64,000 nucleotides of DNA from a virus. The DNA lies in the IMG/VR virus record IMGVR_UViG_3300025030_000062, positions 30,900 to 94,899 of that record; one strand, written 5' to 3'. The position numbers were made by a program, and so were the translations under genes. Positions 48,455-58,755 of the stretch are shown here, piece after piece. The notes under the pieces were generated by a model, which searched no databases, was not told the origin of the DNA, and saw nothing but the letters and a program-made list of their open reading frames with translations. Position 1 is the stretch's first letter. Each line of letters opens with the position of its first letter.

Positions 48455-50518
48455 TCAGTTACTCCTTTTTGTAGTTTCCTGAACTTGAAAGCCGCGAAGA
48501 TATACACTTAGCGCACAAGTTAAATTTTAATTCAAATTCAATCTTAGATATTTCAGAACGTATAAAAAGCTTATGAAAGCCAAGTTTTGCTCCACAATCC
48601 TTACAGGTCATTTAATCATCCCTCCTACAATAGCACGGAAGTTCTTTAGTTCCGCAAGATGTGCAATACTCACGAAATACGTCTAAGCGTTCTTCGTCGC
48701 TGAGCAGCGAAAGCAGATGGTGAATTGTAGCTATAATTGAAGCGTTCGGGCCAATATTAGGATTAGGACGAATACGGCTGTTCGCCGCAAGAGCTTTATC
48801 CTTCTGCTCAAGGTGAATTCTAAAACGCACTATATCCGTCCTAAGTTCGTCTCGTTCTTCTTTGACATCAGCAAGCTCATTCTTCAATCTACAAATAGTG
48901 CAATTCTGCTTATCATAATGAGAGTGATTACCTTGATGCTTTTCGCATAAATGTTCACCTTCTAAAGCTTTGCTCATTTAATCCTCCTTAAAGTAATTAG
49001 CAATGCACCCCAACACAGCCTTTACCATCATTAGCTCTATTAGGCGCAGATTTAGTCAACTTACTAGCTTCCCATTTATCTAAAATCTTACGATATTGCT
49101 CGGTCTTGGAAAAGCTACCGGCGGCAGATTTGTTGTCAATATTAACTCGCACAGCGCCATTGCTACCTAGGAACACGTATCTGACATGAATAATACTATC
49201 TGACACAAACGTTAGTGCAAACAGCCTGTAATTCGTGTTTTTGTACGGCATCTTTTTGTATCCCATTGCCAGGAAATAAGCCTCGAAACGTTCAAGCAAC
49301 TTTTTCATTTCTTACTCCTTTCAGGCGGCAATTAACCGCAGTTAAGAACTCCTACAGCGTGCTAGCATAATACCACATTCAGCCAAAAGTTCAAGCGTTT
49401 GGCTACATTTTAATTTCAGCATTAAACTCTCCTGTTTCATTTAAGTGAGCAATTGACGGCAGTTAAGGGTTGAGCGGCGGCAGTTAAGCGTCTTTACAAA
49501 AGCGGGACCAGTAAAGCATTTCCAAAAGCTGCATACCGCCAACTTCATAAATAACATGAGGTTTGTATACAATAAACTTTCTACATCCGACATTGAAGAA
49601 TGTGAACGGCTTACAATTTCTATGATCGTTAATTGCTTTGCTTACCTTAGCAGCATAGCCGGTGTTTTGCGTTATCATTACTCACCTCCTTGATTCGCCC
49701 ATTGCTGTAAGGTTATTGCAACTTTCTTACCTTCGCCATAGCTAACCCATATCCAAGGTAAGTGTAATGCTTCGCGCCAGCAAGCTTGAAGATAGCGCCG
49801 ATAAGCTTCGGTTGCCTGATATTCCCGCACTATTCACCTCCCTGATTAACCCACTCTTCAAGTGTAATGATACACGGCGTAATAACAGGTTCGCTAAACA
49901 TAAACTTAAGCTCAACTTCATAGTAAACAATTACGCAATTTGCGGTTGCTACGTATTCAATTGTTCGCATTATTCACCGCCTTGGTTCAACCATTCTTCA
50001 ACTTCAATAATTGCAATTCTATGAACATACTTGTCTAAAGGAATAACTACAAAAGGCAGTCCATCTTTACGATTTTTAGACATGCTGGCTAACCCGCGCC
50101 AAGTTGTAATCATCACTCCAACACCTCCCTAACCCAAATTCGTTGACCGCTTGCCGATGTGCCGAATGACATAGCGCCAGGGCTTTCTGTTCTACCGTAA
50201 TACGTTACATCATCGGGAAACTTGGCTATCATAAACTTCTTAAGCGCGGCGTGCATTGATCCGGCTGTAACGATTAATTCAGTTTTCTGCTTATTGCTGT
50301 TGCCGTGATATAGTGATATTTTGAAGGTTCTGGTCATTGTTAAACCCTTTCTATTAGCTTATTATTCTTGCCGTAAATTCGCTTCATGCTTTCTTTAAGT
50401 GCATTATACCCACAATATTTACAGTGAAAGTAGTTCAGCATGAATTCATCACCTCGCCGCTTGGTAACTATTTCAATGATGCTGTGAAAGTCAAAGAAAC
50501 ATTTGAGGTGCTGAAGTG

Positions 50519-51130
50519 TCATACAAACTCCTTCGCAGTAACAACATCAGCTTGTCTAATTCGGCCATAGTAAGCAGTTATGTCATGAAGATGCTGGAGC
50601 TGTTTAACATGATCATTACAAGCGCCGATTTTAAGCTGAATACGATTAGGTTCATTTTCACGGTAATCAAGCCTAGCTCCTTGCTCAAACCAACTAAGGA
50701 TTTCTTCACCTTCTGCCTTGCTTGCTACAAAAGCCGATATATTGTTCAGGTATGCGTTAGCCCTAGGTTCGCGTAATTTCGTGCCGCAAACAAAGCAGCA
50801 AGGAACCATATCAAGCCCTATACCTCTTGACCTGAAAGCTAAAGATGTTCCTTTCTCTACATCTTCGCACCTAATTTCATATTCAAATATTTCTTTCTTG
50901 GAATCAGCCAAAGCAACCAAACCGCAAGTAAGCAATCCTTCAACATGATCAACGCGCTCTTTCCAGCCAGGATAACCATGCTGAATGTCATTGATAGTTC
51001 CTCGCGCTTTACAAATTTCATTTCTTACAACTTCAATGATTTCACTCAGTGGCTTGCTGAAGTCAGTTCCAAAGATAGGTTTGGCTCTGTATCGTTCGGC
51101 GTCGGCTTTCTGTTTCTCATGATCAAACAT
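50519..51130 (-). CDS. Hypothetical protein (CFVCG ... IGACNDH)
   Basis: RBS AAGGAG; 203-aa ORF. Confidence 0.6.
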   Translation of the reverse strand: MFDHEKQKADAERYRAKPIFGTDFSKPLSEIIEVVRNEICKARGTINDIQHGYPGWKERVDHVEGLLTCGLVALADSKKEIFEYEIRCEDVEKGTSLAFRSRGIGLDMVPCCFVCGTKLREPRANAYLNNISAFVASKAEGEEILSWFEQGARLDYRENEPNRIQLKIGACNDHVKQLQHLHDITAYYGRIRQADVVTAKEFV

Positions 51131-51775
51131 AACTTTCTCCTTATATTGTGGGCAATCTAAAGCAGTTAAGTAGCAATCGGCGGCAGTTAAGCGTCAAACC
51201 TGCTAATTATTTCTTTGATCTTTCGTAAATCTTCACCGCTAGCCCATTGACCTAATTCAACTAACAAGTTAGTCATTTCGGTGTAAGTAGGCAAGTTTTC
51301 AGTTCTAAGCCATGCGTCACAGCATTCTATCACGTAAGCCTTTTCAATTGTCATGCTAACCTCCCTGTTGAAGCTAAAACAGCCGCCAACATGCTATCGA
51401 AATACCTCGTAACTTGCCTAACAACCTTATCCTCATTACTCAGTTGCTTGATATCGCGCCAATTCAATTTCTCCCTCTTGCTACCGGTCCAGTAGCCAGC
51501 AATAGAGCCGTCTAATGTAAGGTCGCTAATGCTACCGTCCGTATTCTTGACAGAATAAATCAAGAATATGGTATGTCCTGGATCATTATGAATGATGTGA
51601 TTCGGCCAGTTGTCAGGACCGGAACCAAGCGCGAAAGATACGATCAGGGACGGCCTATTTTCGTTTTCTAGCGTGCTTACCTTGAAGTGCAGGTACGAGT
51701 CAGGGAAGCGAGCTTTGATGACCGCTGAGAGCCTATTTTGGAGCGTTTCTAGGGTTTGCATGGTTTAGACCTCCT

Positions 51776-52315
51776 TTATTCGCTGTAAGGTTTGTCCATT
51801 TCAGAACAGGACAGATATTCACTTCTAAAGAACGTAATAGCACGCTCGGCTTCTTCAATTGTGTCAAAATAACCTAAATGATGATTTCCGTTATCATGAC
51901 CAACTACTCTAAACTTTCTACCTACCGGATAAATACCTCTTATTCCAGTTTTACTATTTTTATTCGCACCTGCTCTATTTTCAGCATTTTGCTTACTTGT
52001 TATCAAACGCAAATTATCTCTAGTGTTGTCTAAAGAATTACAGTTTTTATGATCTATCTTAAATTCTTTAGTATTCGGATTATATAAAATTAAAGTATGT
52101 AGCAACACTAAAGTTCCACAACCATCTTCACACTTAAAAGCTCGTGCATAATAGTTACCATGATTTAGCATAACTCCGATTGTAGACCATTCTGATAATC
52201 TATCAAAATCACAAATATCAATAATAACAGTATGTTTTACTTTGTTACGCTGTACTACTTCAATAAAACATTTGTCATCTTCAAAATAAAAATCATTACT
52301 TATCATAACATCCAT
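51776..52315 (-). CDS. HNH homing endonuclease
   Basis: IDHKNCNSLDNTRDNLR; SKTGIRGI...HLGYF; lower GC than flanks. Confidence 0.8.
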   Translation of the reverse strand: MDVMISNDFYFEDDKCFIEVVQRNKVKHTVIIDICDFDRLSEWSTIGVMLNHGNYYARAFKCEDGCGTLVLLHTLILYNPNTKEFKIDHKNCNSLDNTRDNLRLITSKQNAENRAGANKNSKTGIRGIYPVGRKFRVVGHDNGNHHLGYFDTIEEAERAITFFRSEYLSCSEMDKPYSE

Positions 52316-52321
52316 TCCTTT

Positions 52322-52498
52322 TTACTTAGCAATGTAGCAGTTAACGCCAATAGTTACCGGCTTACCCTCAATCATAACGTCAGTAACCTTGTTACCATGA
52401 GTGCTAGCAACAACCTTAGTTTTACCGGATGTTGAGAGCGTAGGCTTTTGCAGTTCGATAGTGATTACCAGATTGTTACCTTTGATTTCTGCTTTCAT
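52322..52498 (-). CDS. 58-aa conserved hypothetical protein
   Basis: Manual translation MKAEIKGNNLVITI...STSGKTKVVASTHGN; RBS AAGGAG. Confidence 0.6.
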   Translation of the reverse strand: MKAEIKGNNLVITIELQKPTLSTSGKTKVVASTHGNKVTDVMIEGKPVTIGVNCYIAK

Positions 52499-52550
52499 TT
52501 TAGTTTCTCCTTTAGGTAAGTGGTGACAGTTAAGCGGTGAAGAGGGACAG

Positions 52551-52706
52551 TTAAGCTAACAATTTGTCAGGCACAAAAGACAACACAAACTCTTCAAACG
52601 TTTCATTCCATTGGTTCTTGTTGTCAAGACTGCCATATCTTTCAATCCAACCGAGCTTGTAATATTCAAAGTATCACTCTAGTTTAGTTCCTTTGTATTT
52701 GTTCAT
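52551..52706 (-). pseudogene. 51-codon ORF with in-frame TGA at codon 11
   Basis: MNKYKGTKLE*YFEYYKLGWIERY...LLA-TAA; RBS AAGGAG; terminal TAA lies in a CTTAACTG box. Confidence 0.55.
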
Positions 52707-53715
52707 TTTATTCTCCTTTCGCTTTAGCGATAGCTTCAATAGCTTTATTGTAGTCACCAATAAAGCTATTGTGTAATTCCTTAGCTGAATAAGCTTCGCC
52801 GTTATCAGCCGCATTTATGATATCAGATAACGCTTTGCTACAAAGCTCTAACGCTTCCAAAAGTTCAGGAGCAGCGACTATAAGCCTTGCGTTAGCTTCG
52901 CCGAGGTGCGCCCAAGGAAAAATTTCAGCTATTTTGTTGCAATGTTTATCAGTTACAACAATCTGTTCACCGTTACCGTCAATACCAGAACGAATTGCGT
53001 AATTCCAAGGTTTAGGCGAAACAGTTTCTTCAATGTTAGGAAAGCGGCTCATTGTGTTACCTCCTGTTTAGTCAATCGGTTGCAGTTAAGTAGAAAGTGA
53101 GAGCAGTTAAGCCGTTTCCTTATCCAGCATACGCTTAACATTATCCCGCTCAATAGTCAAGTTAGCGCGGTTATCATAATGTTCCCTAATCTGGTAGTCT
53201 ACCTCGTTGAACAGCTTCATGAAACGGTCATACATAGCTTTAGGGATAACTACAGTTTCGTAGTCAACTTTAGCCTCTTGAATCAGGCTAGCAGGAACGT
53301 GATAGTAAGCCGGAACGCCGTTAATCTCACAAGACACTTCAGCCTTATCAACAATCTTTTGCAGTATTCTCTTATCCATTTTAGGCTCCTTTATTGAATG
53401 TTCAACAGCTTGCAGTTATCAACATAAGCTTGTGCTGATTCTCTAGTGTAGAACGCTTTGTGTTTGTTGTAGGTGTTAGGGATAATATTGCAATCATTGA
53501 GAGAAATTTTAAAGCTTTCTGTATCAACAAAAACACCTGTTAAAGCTTTGCTTAATTGAATAACGTAAGATGAACTTTTGATACACTCTTCTCTGATAAA
53601 ACTACTTTTGCTTAAAGCAAGTGCTATAAATATTGACATTCCCGGCTTAACCTCTTCAACGGTCATTATCTGGTCCAAGCTGAATATCGCACTCATTCTC
53701 TAACCCTCCTTTCAA

Positions 53716-54054
53716 CTAGCTATTTGCCCACAATTGAGCACATTCAGGACAACGTTCAATCAACAGTTCTAGCGATAATTCTTGATCAACTTTAACCTCT
53801 TGCTGTTCAACTGGCAGATAGCTAAAGTCAGGCTGTTCAAGCGGCAACATATGATTGTAACCTCTAGCTAGCATTTCATCGGCCAATTCATCATGCCTAG
53901 CTTTGTATGATCCAGGCTCAATAGAGTTAACCGCTATGCGTCCTGTTATGGAGTGTTTCTTTTGCCAGTTATGTAGGAATTTGTGATGCTCATTATGTTC
54001 TCCTAATAAATGCTGTCTGCACATCACTTTAGGGTCTAGCAGCCACATTCGCAT
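53716..54054 (-). CDS. Pyrimidine-dimer DNA glycosylase (endonuclease V family)
   Basis: MRMW......CRQHLLGEH.E and RH..L..EM..RGY.H motifs. Confidence 0.7.
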   Translation of the reverse strand: MRMWLLDPKVMCRQHLLGEHNEHHKFLHNWQKKHSITGRIAVNSIEPGSYKARHDELADEMLARGYNHMLPLEQPDFSYLPVEQQEVKVDQELSLELLIERCPECAQLWANS

Positions 54055-54104
54055 TTCAGGCTCCTTTAGTCAAAGGTTAGCAGTTAAGAGTCAAACACCG
54101 ACAG

Positions 54105-54452
54105 TTAACAGTAAATCAATCCATCATCACCGACATAAAGGTCAACTTCACCGAAAGCCTTGCTAGCTTCCGTTAGCCGTTCACCTACTTCTTTCGGCCA
54201 ATCACCATCCCAAAATCCCGCACCGTGACCGTTACGAGTAAGCCAGAAGTCATGTCCAGCTTGGCTAGGATCATCAACTATATCATTCCAGTTTTCAGCC
54301 TGAAACTTAGCACAATCGGCTTTCATTTGATTTAGGCATTTCTCGCTAATATCGTAAATGCTGTAATCATCGTCAAGTGGTTCGCCGTTATCATCTGTTG
54401 AGGACCACAAAGCGGTTACTATGTATTGAGTTGTGAATATGTCTAAGTTCAT
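54105..54452 (-). CDS. Conserved acidic phage early protein
   Basis: ALWSS and QAGHDFWLTRNGHGAGFWD motifs recalled from many phages; function unknown. Confidence 0.65.
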   Translation of the reverse strand: MNLDIFTTQYIVTALWSSTDDNGEPLDDDYSIYDISEKCLNQMKADCAKFQAENWNDIVDDPSQAGHDFWLTRNGHGAGFWDGDWPKEVGERLTEASKAFGEVDLYVGDDGLIYC

Positions 54453-54797
54453 GGTTTGTTATCTCCTTTATTGTGGGCAGACTGACTCTTTGTAGTAGTC
54501 AGTATAACCTTTAGTTTCAAGGTAAATTTCTCTGACAAGCTTTGTTATTTCTTCAGGTTGTTCACATTCGCTATCAAGGCCGATACAAGCTATACCGTTA
54601 ATATGTAAACCTAAGAACGTATCTTTATGCGGCATTCCGTCTAAACAAAGTGTTCCTGCTGCAAAGTAAATTGCTCCTTTAGGCTTTATTTCTTTGTTAA
54701 GTATTTTCTTAACTACTTTCCAATATACAGTCATAGCACTATCTCCTTTTATTAGCTGATTCGTCAACAGTTAATAGTTAACAGTTAAGCCTTAACC

Positions 54798-55103
54798 CTA
54801 AGCAACCTTCTTAGAATTAATCGCTCTAACCCTAGCATCAAAATGAAGCGTACTAAAGCGATTAATTACTTCCAGGTTGTAACCTAAGCTTTCCAGTTCC
54901 CTCTTAAGCGGCATATATTCATCTTCTCTTGCTCTAACGGTAACACTAGAAAGGCTAACGCTTGCGCTAGAATGCTGGCCCATATGCATGTAACTAAGGC
55001 ATGTGCAATAATCGTTAGTTCCTGGCAGTTCAGGGAATAGTGCTATTACTTCGCCAGTATCTTTGAACTTGCGAAAGATTACTTTGGTGATAGATGCTTT
55101 CAT
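54798..55103 (-). CDS. Conserved hypothetical phage protein
   Basis: VIFRK...VIALFP...SYMH.GQHS...L..ELESLGY. Confidence 0.6.
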   Translation of the reverse strand: MKASITKVIFRKFKDTGEVIALFPELPGTNDYCTCLSYMHMGQHSSASVSLSSVTVRAREDEYMPLKRELESLGYNLEVINRFSTLHFDARVRAINSKKVA

Positions 55104-55383
55104 GGCTCAATTCTCCTTTATTTATTCAACGGTAATTGTTCGATAGCTTCAATGAAATAAGTCGGTTCTTGGCCGTTCATGTAATCATTCCATTCATCGT
55201 CGCTAGCCATTGTTTCAGCTATTACTTCAGCTTCTTTTTCATTGCAAGCTAGTACTTCATAGCTTTTGGTAAACGATACCGTTCTGGTTACTTCTACTGT
55301 ATAAATTTTCATTTGTTTATCTCCTTTATATTGTTAAAGTTGAAAGCAAAGCCAGTTAAGGCAAGCGTTAGCAGTTAAGCAAT

Positions 55384-55839
55384 CTATTTGCACATCCTTT
55401 CACCTTTCATAAACTTGCAAAGGTTTTCAGCTTGCCGTTGTGACTTACAATTGGCGTATATTGAGTCATCATGACAAACGGAATATGTATAACCTTGTTC
55501 CTTGCTTTCGGTAACGGTCCATTCGCCTACTGTAAAGCTTTCATGCTTATACAGAAAGCGTTTTGTTTCTACGTCCTGAATAGCAACAATGCAATGATCA
55601 AGTAAGCCTGAACCGCCTAAAGAACGTACATTGTTGACTATTAGCGGAATAGGCTTAATGCCGGTACTCTTGCCGATAGTGCCAATTATGTCATATTCAT
55701 CTTCCCAGGATTTACCCGTTTCAGTGTCGCCATAGTAAAGCCTAACTCTTTGCTCTCTTCTAGCGTTAAGCGTAGTTAGCCATTGTTTGACCGTTTCGTT
55801 AGTTCTATCGTTAAAGTTAAACTCTTTATCGTTTCTCAT
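55384..55839 (-). CDS. Conserved hypothetical phage protein
   Basis: RVRLYYGD.ETG.SW..E.D..G.IG.STG. Confidence 0.6.
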   Translation of the reverse strand: MRNDKEFNFNDRTNETVKQWLTTLNARREQRVRLYYGDTETGKSWEDEYDIIGTIGKSTGIKPIPLIVNNVRSLGGSGLLDHCIVAIQDVETKRFLYKHESFTVGEWTVTESKEQGYTYSVCHDDSIYANCKSQRQAENLCKFMKGERMCK

Positions 55840-58374
55840 TCCGGTATCTCCTTAGTAGTTAGTCAGTCCTTGACAGTTTAGTTAGTCAATCCTTGACAGT
55901 TAACAACTCGAAACAGTTAAGAGTTAGCAATTAATCGTGATAGCAGTTAGCAAACCTAGGCAATCCCGTTACCTTTTGCCATTCCCGAATGAAAGCTAAA
56001 GCATACCTCTTGCGCGGGAATTCACCGGCAATAAAGCCTTGGTAATCGCTGTTACCCTCTAAAACCTCATAGAACTGTTTGCCGTTTTCATGCCAATTCT
56101 TAGCCAAGAAACAGCCTTTAATGGCGTTATGTTTCAGGTATTGAGTTCTAAGGCACTCGGAAACAGTTATAGCGTTTATCATGGCTTCAGGCTCCTTTAG
56201 TGTGGACAAAGGCTAGCGGTTAAAAACCCACCACGTTATCATTAGCTATCAAGTTTCTACAATCCCATTTTCTTAACTCATTTGGAGCGGTATCGTTCCA
56301 TAAAATCCGCTGTTCATCCCATATAAGATCGTCAATGATTTGATCGATTGTTTTACTCATTGTTTGCACTCCTTTATAGTTTGCCCACAAATAGGCAACA
56401 AGAAACAGTTAAGGCAAAGCTCGACAGTTAAGCGTTAGCCGGTCTAAGCCGTTCCAAGATCATGTGAATTTCCCCTTGCCTATCCATTGACAAGTTACGA
56501 AAAGCATCTTTGTTGCCGTTCTTTAGCATGTTAATTTCTTTCCTGGTTAGTTCAGCTGATAAGCGTTTGAAGTATCCCATTGTCTTAGGCTCCTTTAGAT
56601 AAAGTTAGTTAACAGCTTTAAGTTTATTTACCATTTCTTTAGCATCGTTAAATATCGAATTTACCCAATTATCTTTAATCGGCATTCTGTCGCCTTTAAA
56701 ACATTGTAATTCAATTAACCTTTCTAGCATTCTTACAATCTCGTTGTTATCGCACATTTTAAAGGCTCCTTTAGAAAGTTAGGTTATTCGGCTCGATTGT
56801 CTTTAACTTCAAACTTAAACAGCTTGCCGTTTTCAAATGGACCAACAAGAGATTTGATCACAACAAGCTGGCTTGTATCGTCAAAGCGATAAACCGTTCT
56901 TTCTTCATTGTTACACTTGGTTGTTACTTGCTTAAAACCGTTAACGTTAAAAGCTATGCAATCTTTCACTTTGTTATATTCGTCGCGTGCTAGGCTCATT
57001 TTAAACCTCCTTAAATCCCTGGTTAATGGCCCACTATCACTTTGCCGGTAACTTGCCGTTTAAACGGTATCCTTAAGCCTTAAACTAATACTCTTGCTCG
57101 TTGTAATTATCAGCTATCTCTTGCCAGTCAATAGCGCCGATAGTCCAGCTTTCAAGTTTAAGCTTTCTAGCTTGAAACGTCGCTTTAACTCTGCTAGCTA
57201 AAACTTTATCGCCAGCTTTGCGAATAGCCGAAATAGTCTCATAGCTAGGCTGATCTTGCTCTAATAACCATGCTGCATTCCACGTTCTGCTATTCGTCCA
57301 TCCTTCATAAATTTCATCGACAGAAACAGCTTTAACAAGCTTATCATGTGGGCATTCTTCAGTATCACCAAATTGAAAGGCTTTGCCTAAGTAATACTCT
57401 TTTGCGCCTTTCAAGTCAGTATTCAGGCTAGTTACTATTTCGTTTCCATCGGCGAACTTAATTTTAAATGTTTTCATCGTCGTTATCTCCTTTAAATTGG
57501 CAAGCTGTGACAGTTAAGAGGCAAGGTAAAACAGTTAAATATAGTAAATAGCTCCTTCCCTTTTAAAATAACCAGCTTCATTATTATTGTCTGGTTCACC
57601 TTTAAAACATCTAAATATCTTAACAAGTTTACCCTCATGTGTTACAAAGCGAGAATAAAGCTTATAACCGTTTTCTCTTTTCTCTATTTCTTTCCAATTA
57701 GTTTTACGTTCCATTTCGTACTCTCCTTTTAACCGTTAGTTTCTTGCTACTTCGCTGCATAGCTTAAAAGTTAAGTTAAGCTATGCAAGGTAATAGCATG
57801 AAAGCTTGTTAGGCTTTGAGCTTATAAATCCTTTTCCCTGGTTACATCGGAAACGGTAAAGTAAAACTTATTTCTGTTATCCCTTTGGAGCTGGCAAAAC
57901 TCGTTATATTCAATTCCTTCAAAATATCCCTTATTTTGGAGCATAGTAAATGCCGTTTGCTGGTACGTATCACCATAGCCGTAATGTTTACCCGAATTAC
58001 CCAAATATACACCGTCAACAGTAACTGATACAGAATGATATGTATTGCCATATGATTTTTGAAACCATCGTTTGCCGTCAATTATAATCATGTTAAATGC
58101 TTTCATTTGTCCTATCTCCTTATTACTCGTTAGTTGCGCCGAAATGCTGGTTTAAATGTCTCGTTTAGTGCCGCGCGATACCTTGATATCAAAATCGTAT
58201 TTATCAGACTCTTTGATCCTGGCAATGAGCATATTTTCAATCTCTTGCTCAGTTAGTTCAAAACCGTTAGCAATGTGATTAAGCTTGATACTGATTTTAG
58301 CGTTATACGTTTTAACTCTCATTTTAATTACTCCTATAGTTGAAAGTAGCGACAGTTAAAGCAACAAGTGACAG

Positions 58375-58755
58375 TTAAGCAACTTCAGTATTCAATGCAC
58401 CGTCAAAGCATTCTGCTATGTAATCTTTGATATCATTTCTATCCTTACCAGTAACACGGATAGTAAAGCCAAAAGCTAATACCGGTTTAACGATTACTTC
58501 ATGTTGCGTCCAGCCATCGTAAAAGCCTGATTCATCCATATGATGAAATTCGGTGAAGAAAACGAGCTTTTCAGGAGTTGATTTATCAAACTCGAAACGT
58601 GTACCACAATCAAACCCTGAACCGCTTGGGAAGTGTTCTTTTACTATGTTTTCAATCGTTTCCGTGTGCCGGTCAAACCATTCACGGTTATTCGATTTTT
58701 CGCAATTGATACGAGCTTGGAAACTGCTAGCGATTTGCTGATATGCCTTTTTCAT
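58375..58755 (-). CDS. Conserved hypothetical phage protein
   Basis: PSGSGFD...FHHMDE.G.YDGWT. Confidence 0.6.
   Translation of the reverse strand: MKKAYQQIASSFQARINCEKSNNREWFDRHTETIENIVKEHFPSGSGFDCGTRFEFDKSTPEKLVFFTEFHHMDESGFYDGWTQHEVIVKPVLAFGFTIRVTGKDRNDIKDYIAECFDGALNTEVA

Larger units (their letters stand above)
49329..58380 (-). repeat. Dispersed paired TTAACTG boxes at gene junctions
   Basis: CAGTTAA (+) pairs at 49460/49481, 51163/51184, 52527/52548, 53083/53104, 54081/54102, 54768/54782, 55353/55372, 55897/55914, 56406/56425, 57511/57532, 58353/58372. Confidence 0.9.

Noticed and set aside
52338-52357. CAGTTAA as another junction box
   Set aside because: Lies inside ORF 52322..52498 and lacks a properly spaced partner
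49329-58380. Classical integron attC array
   Set aside because: GCTTAAC at stop codons matches RYYYAAC, but the partner box is a direct rather than inverted repeat, there is no attC hairpin and no integrase in the window
49329-58380. CRISPR or mini-CRISPR array
   Set aside because: Repeats are only 7-10 bp and separated by whole genes
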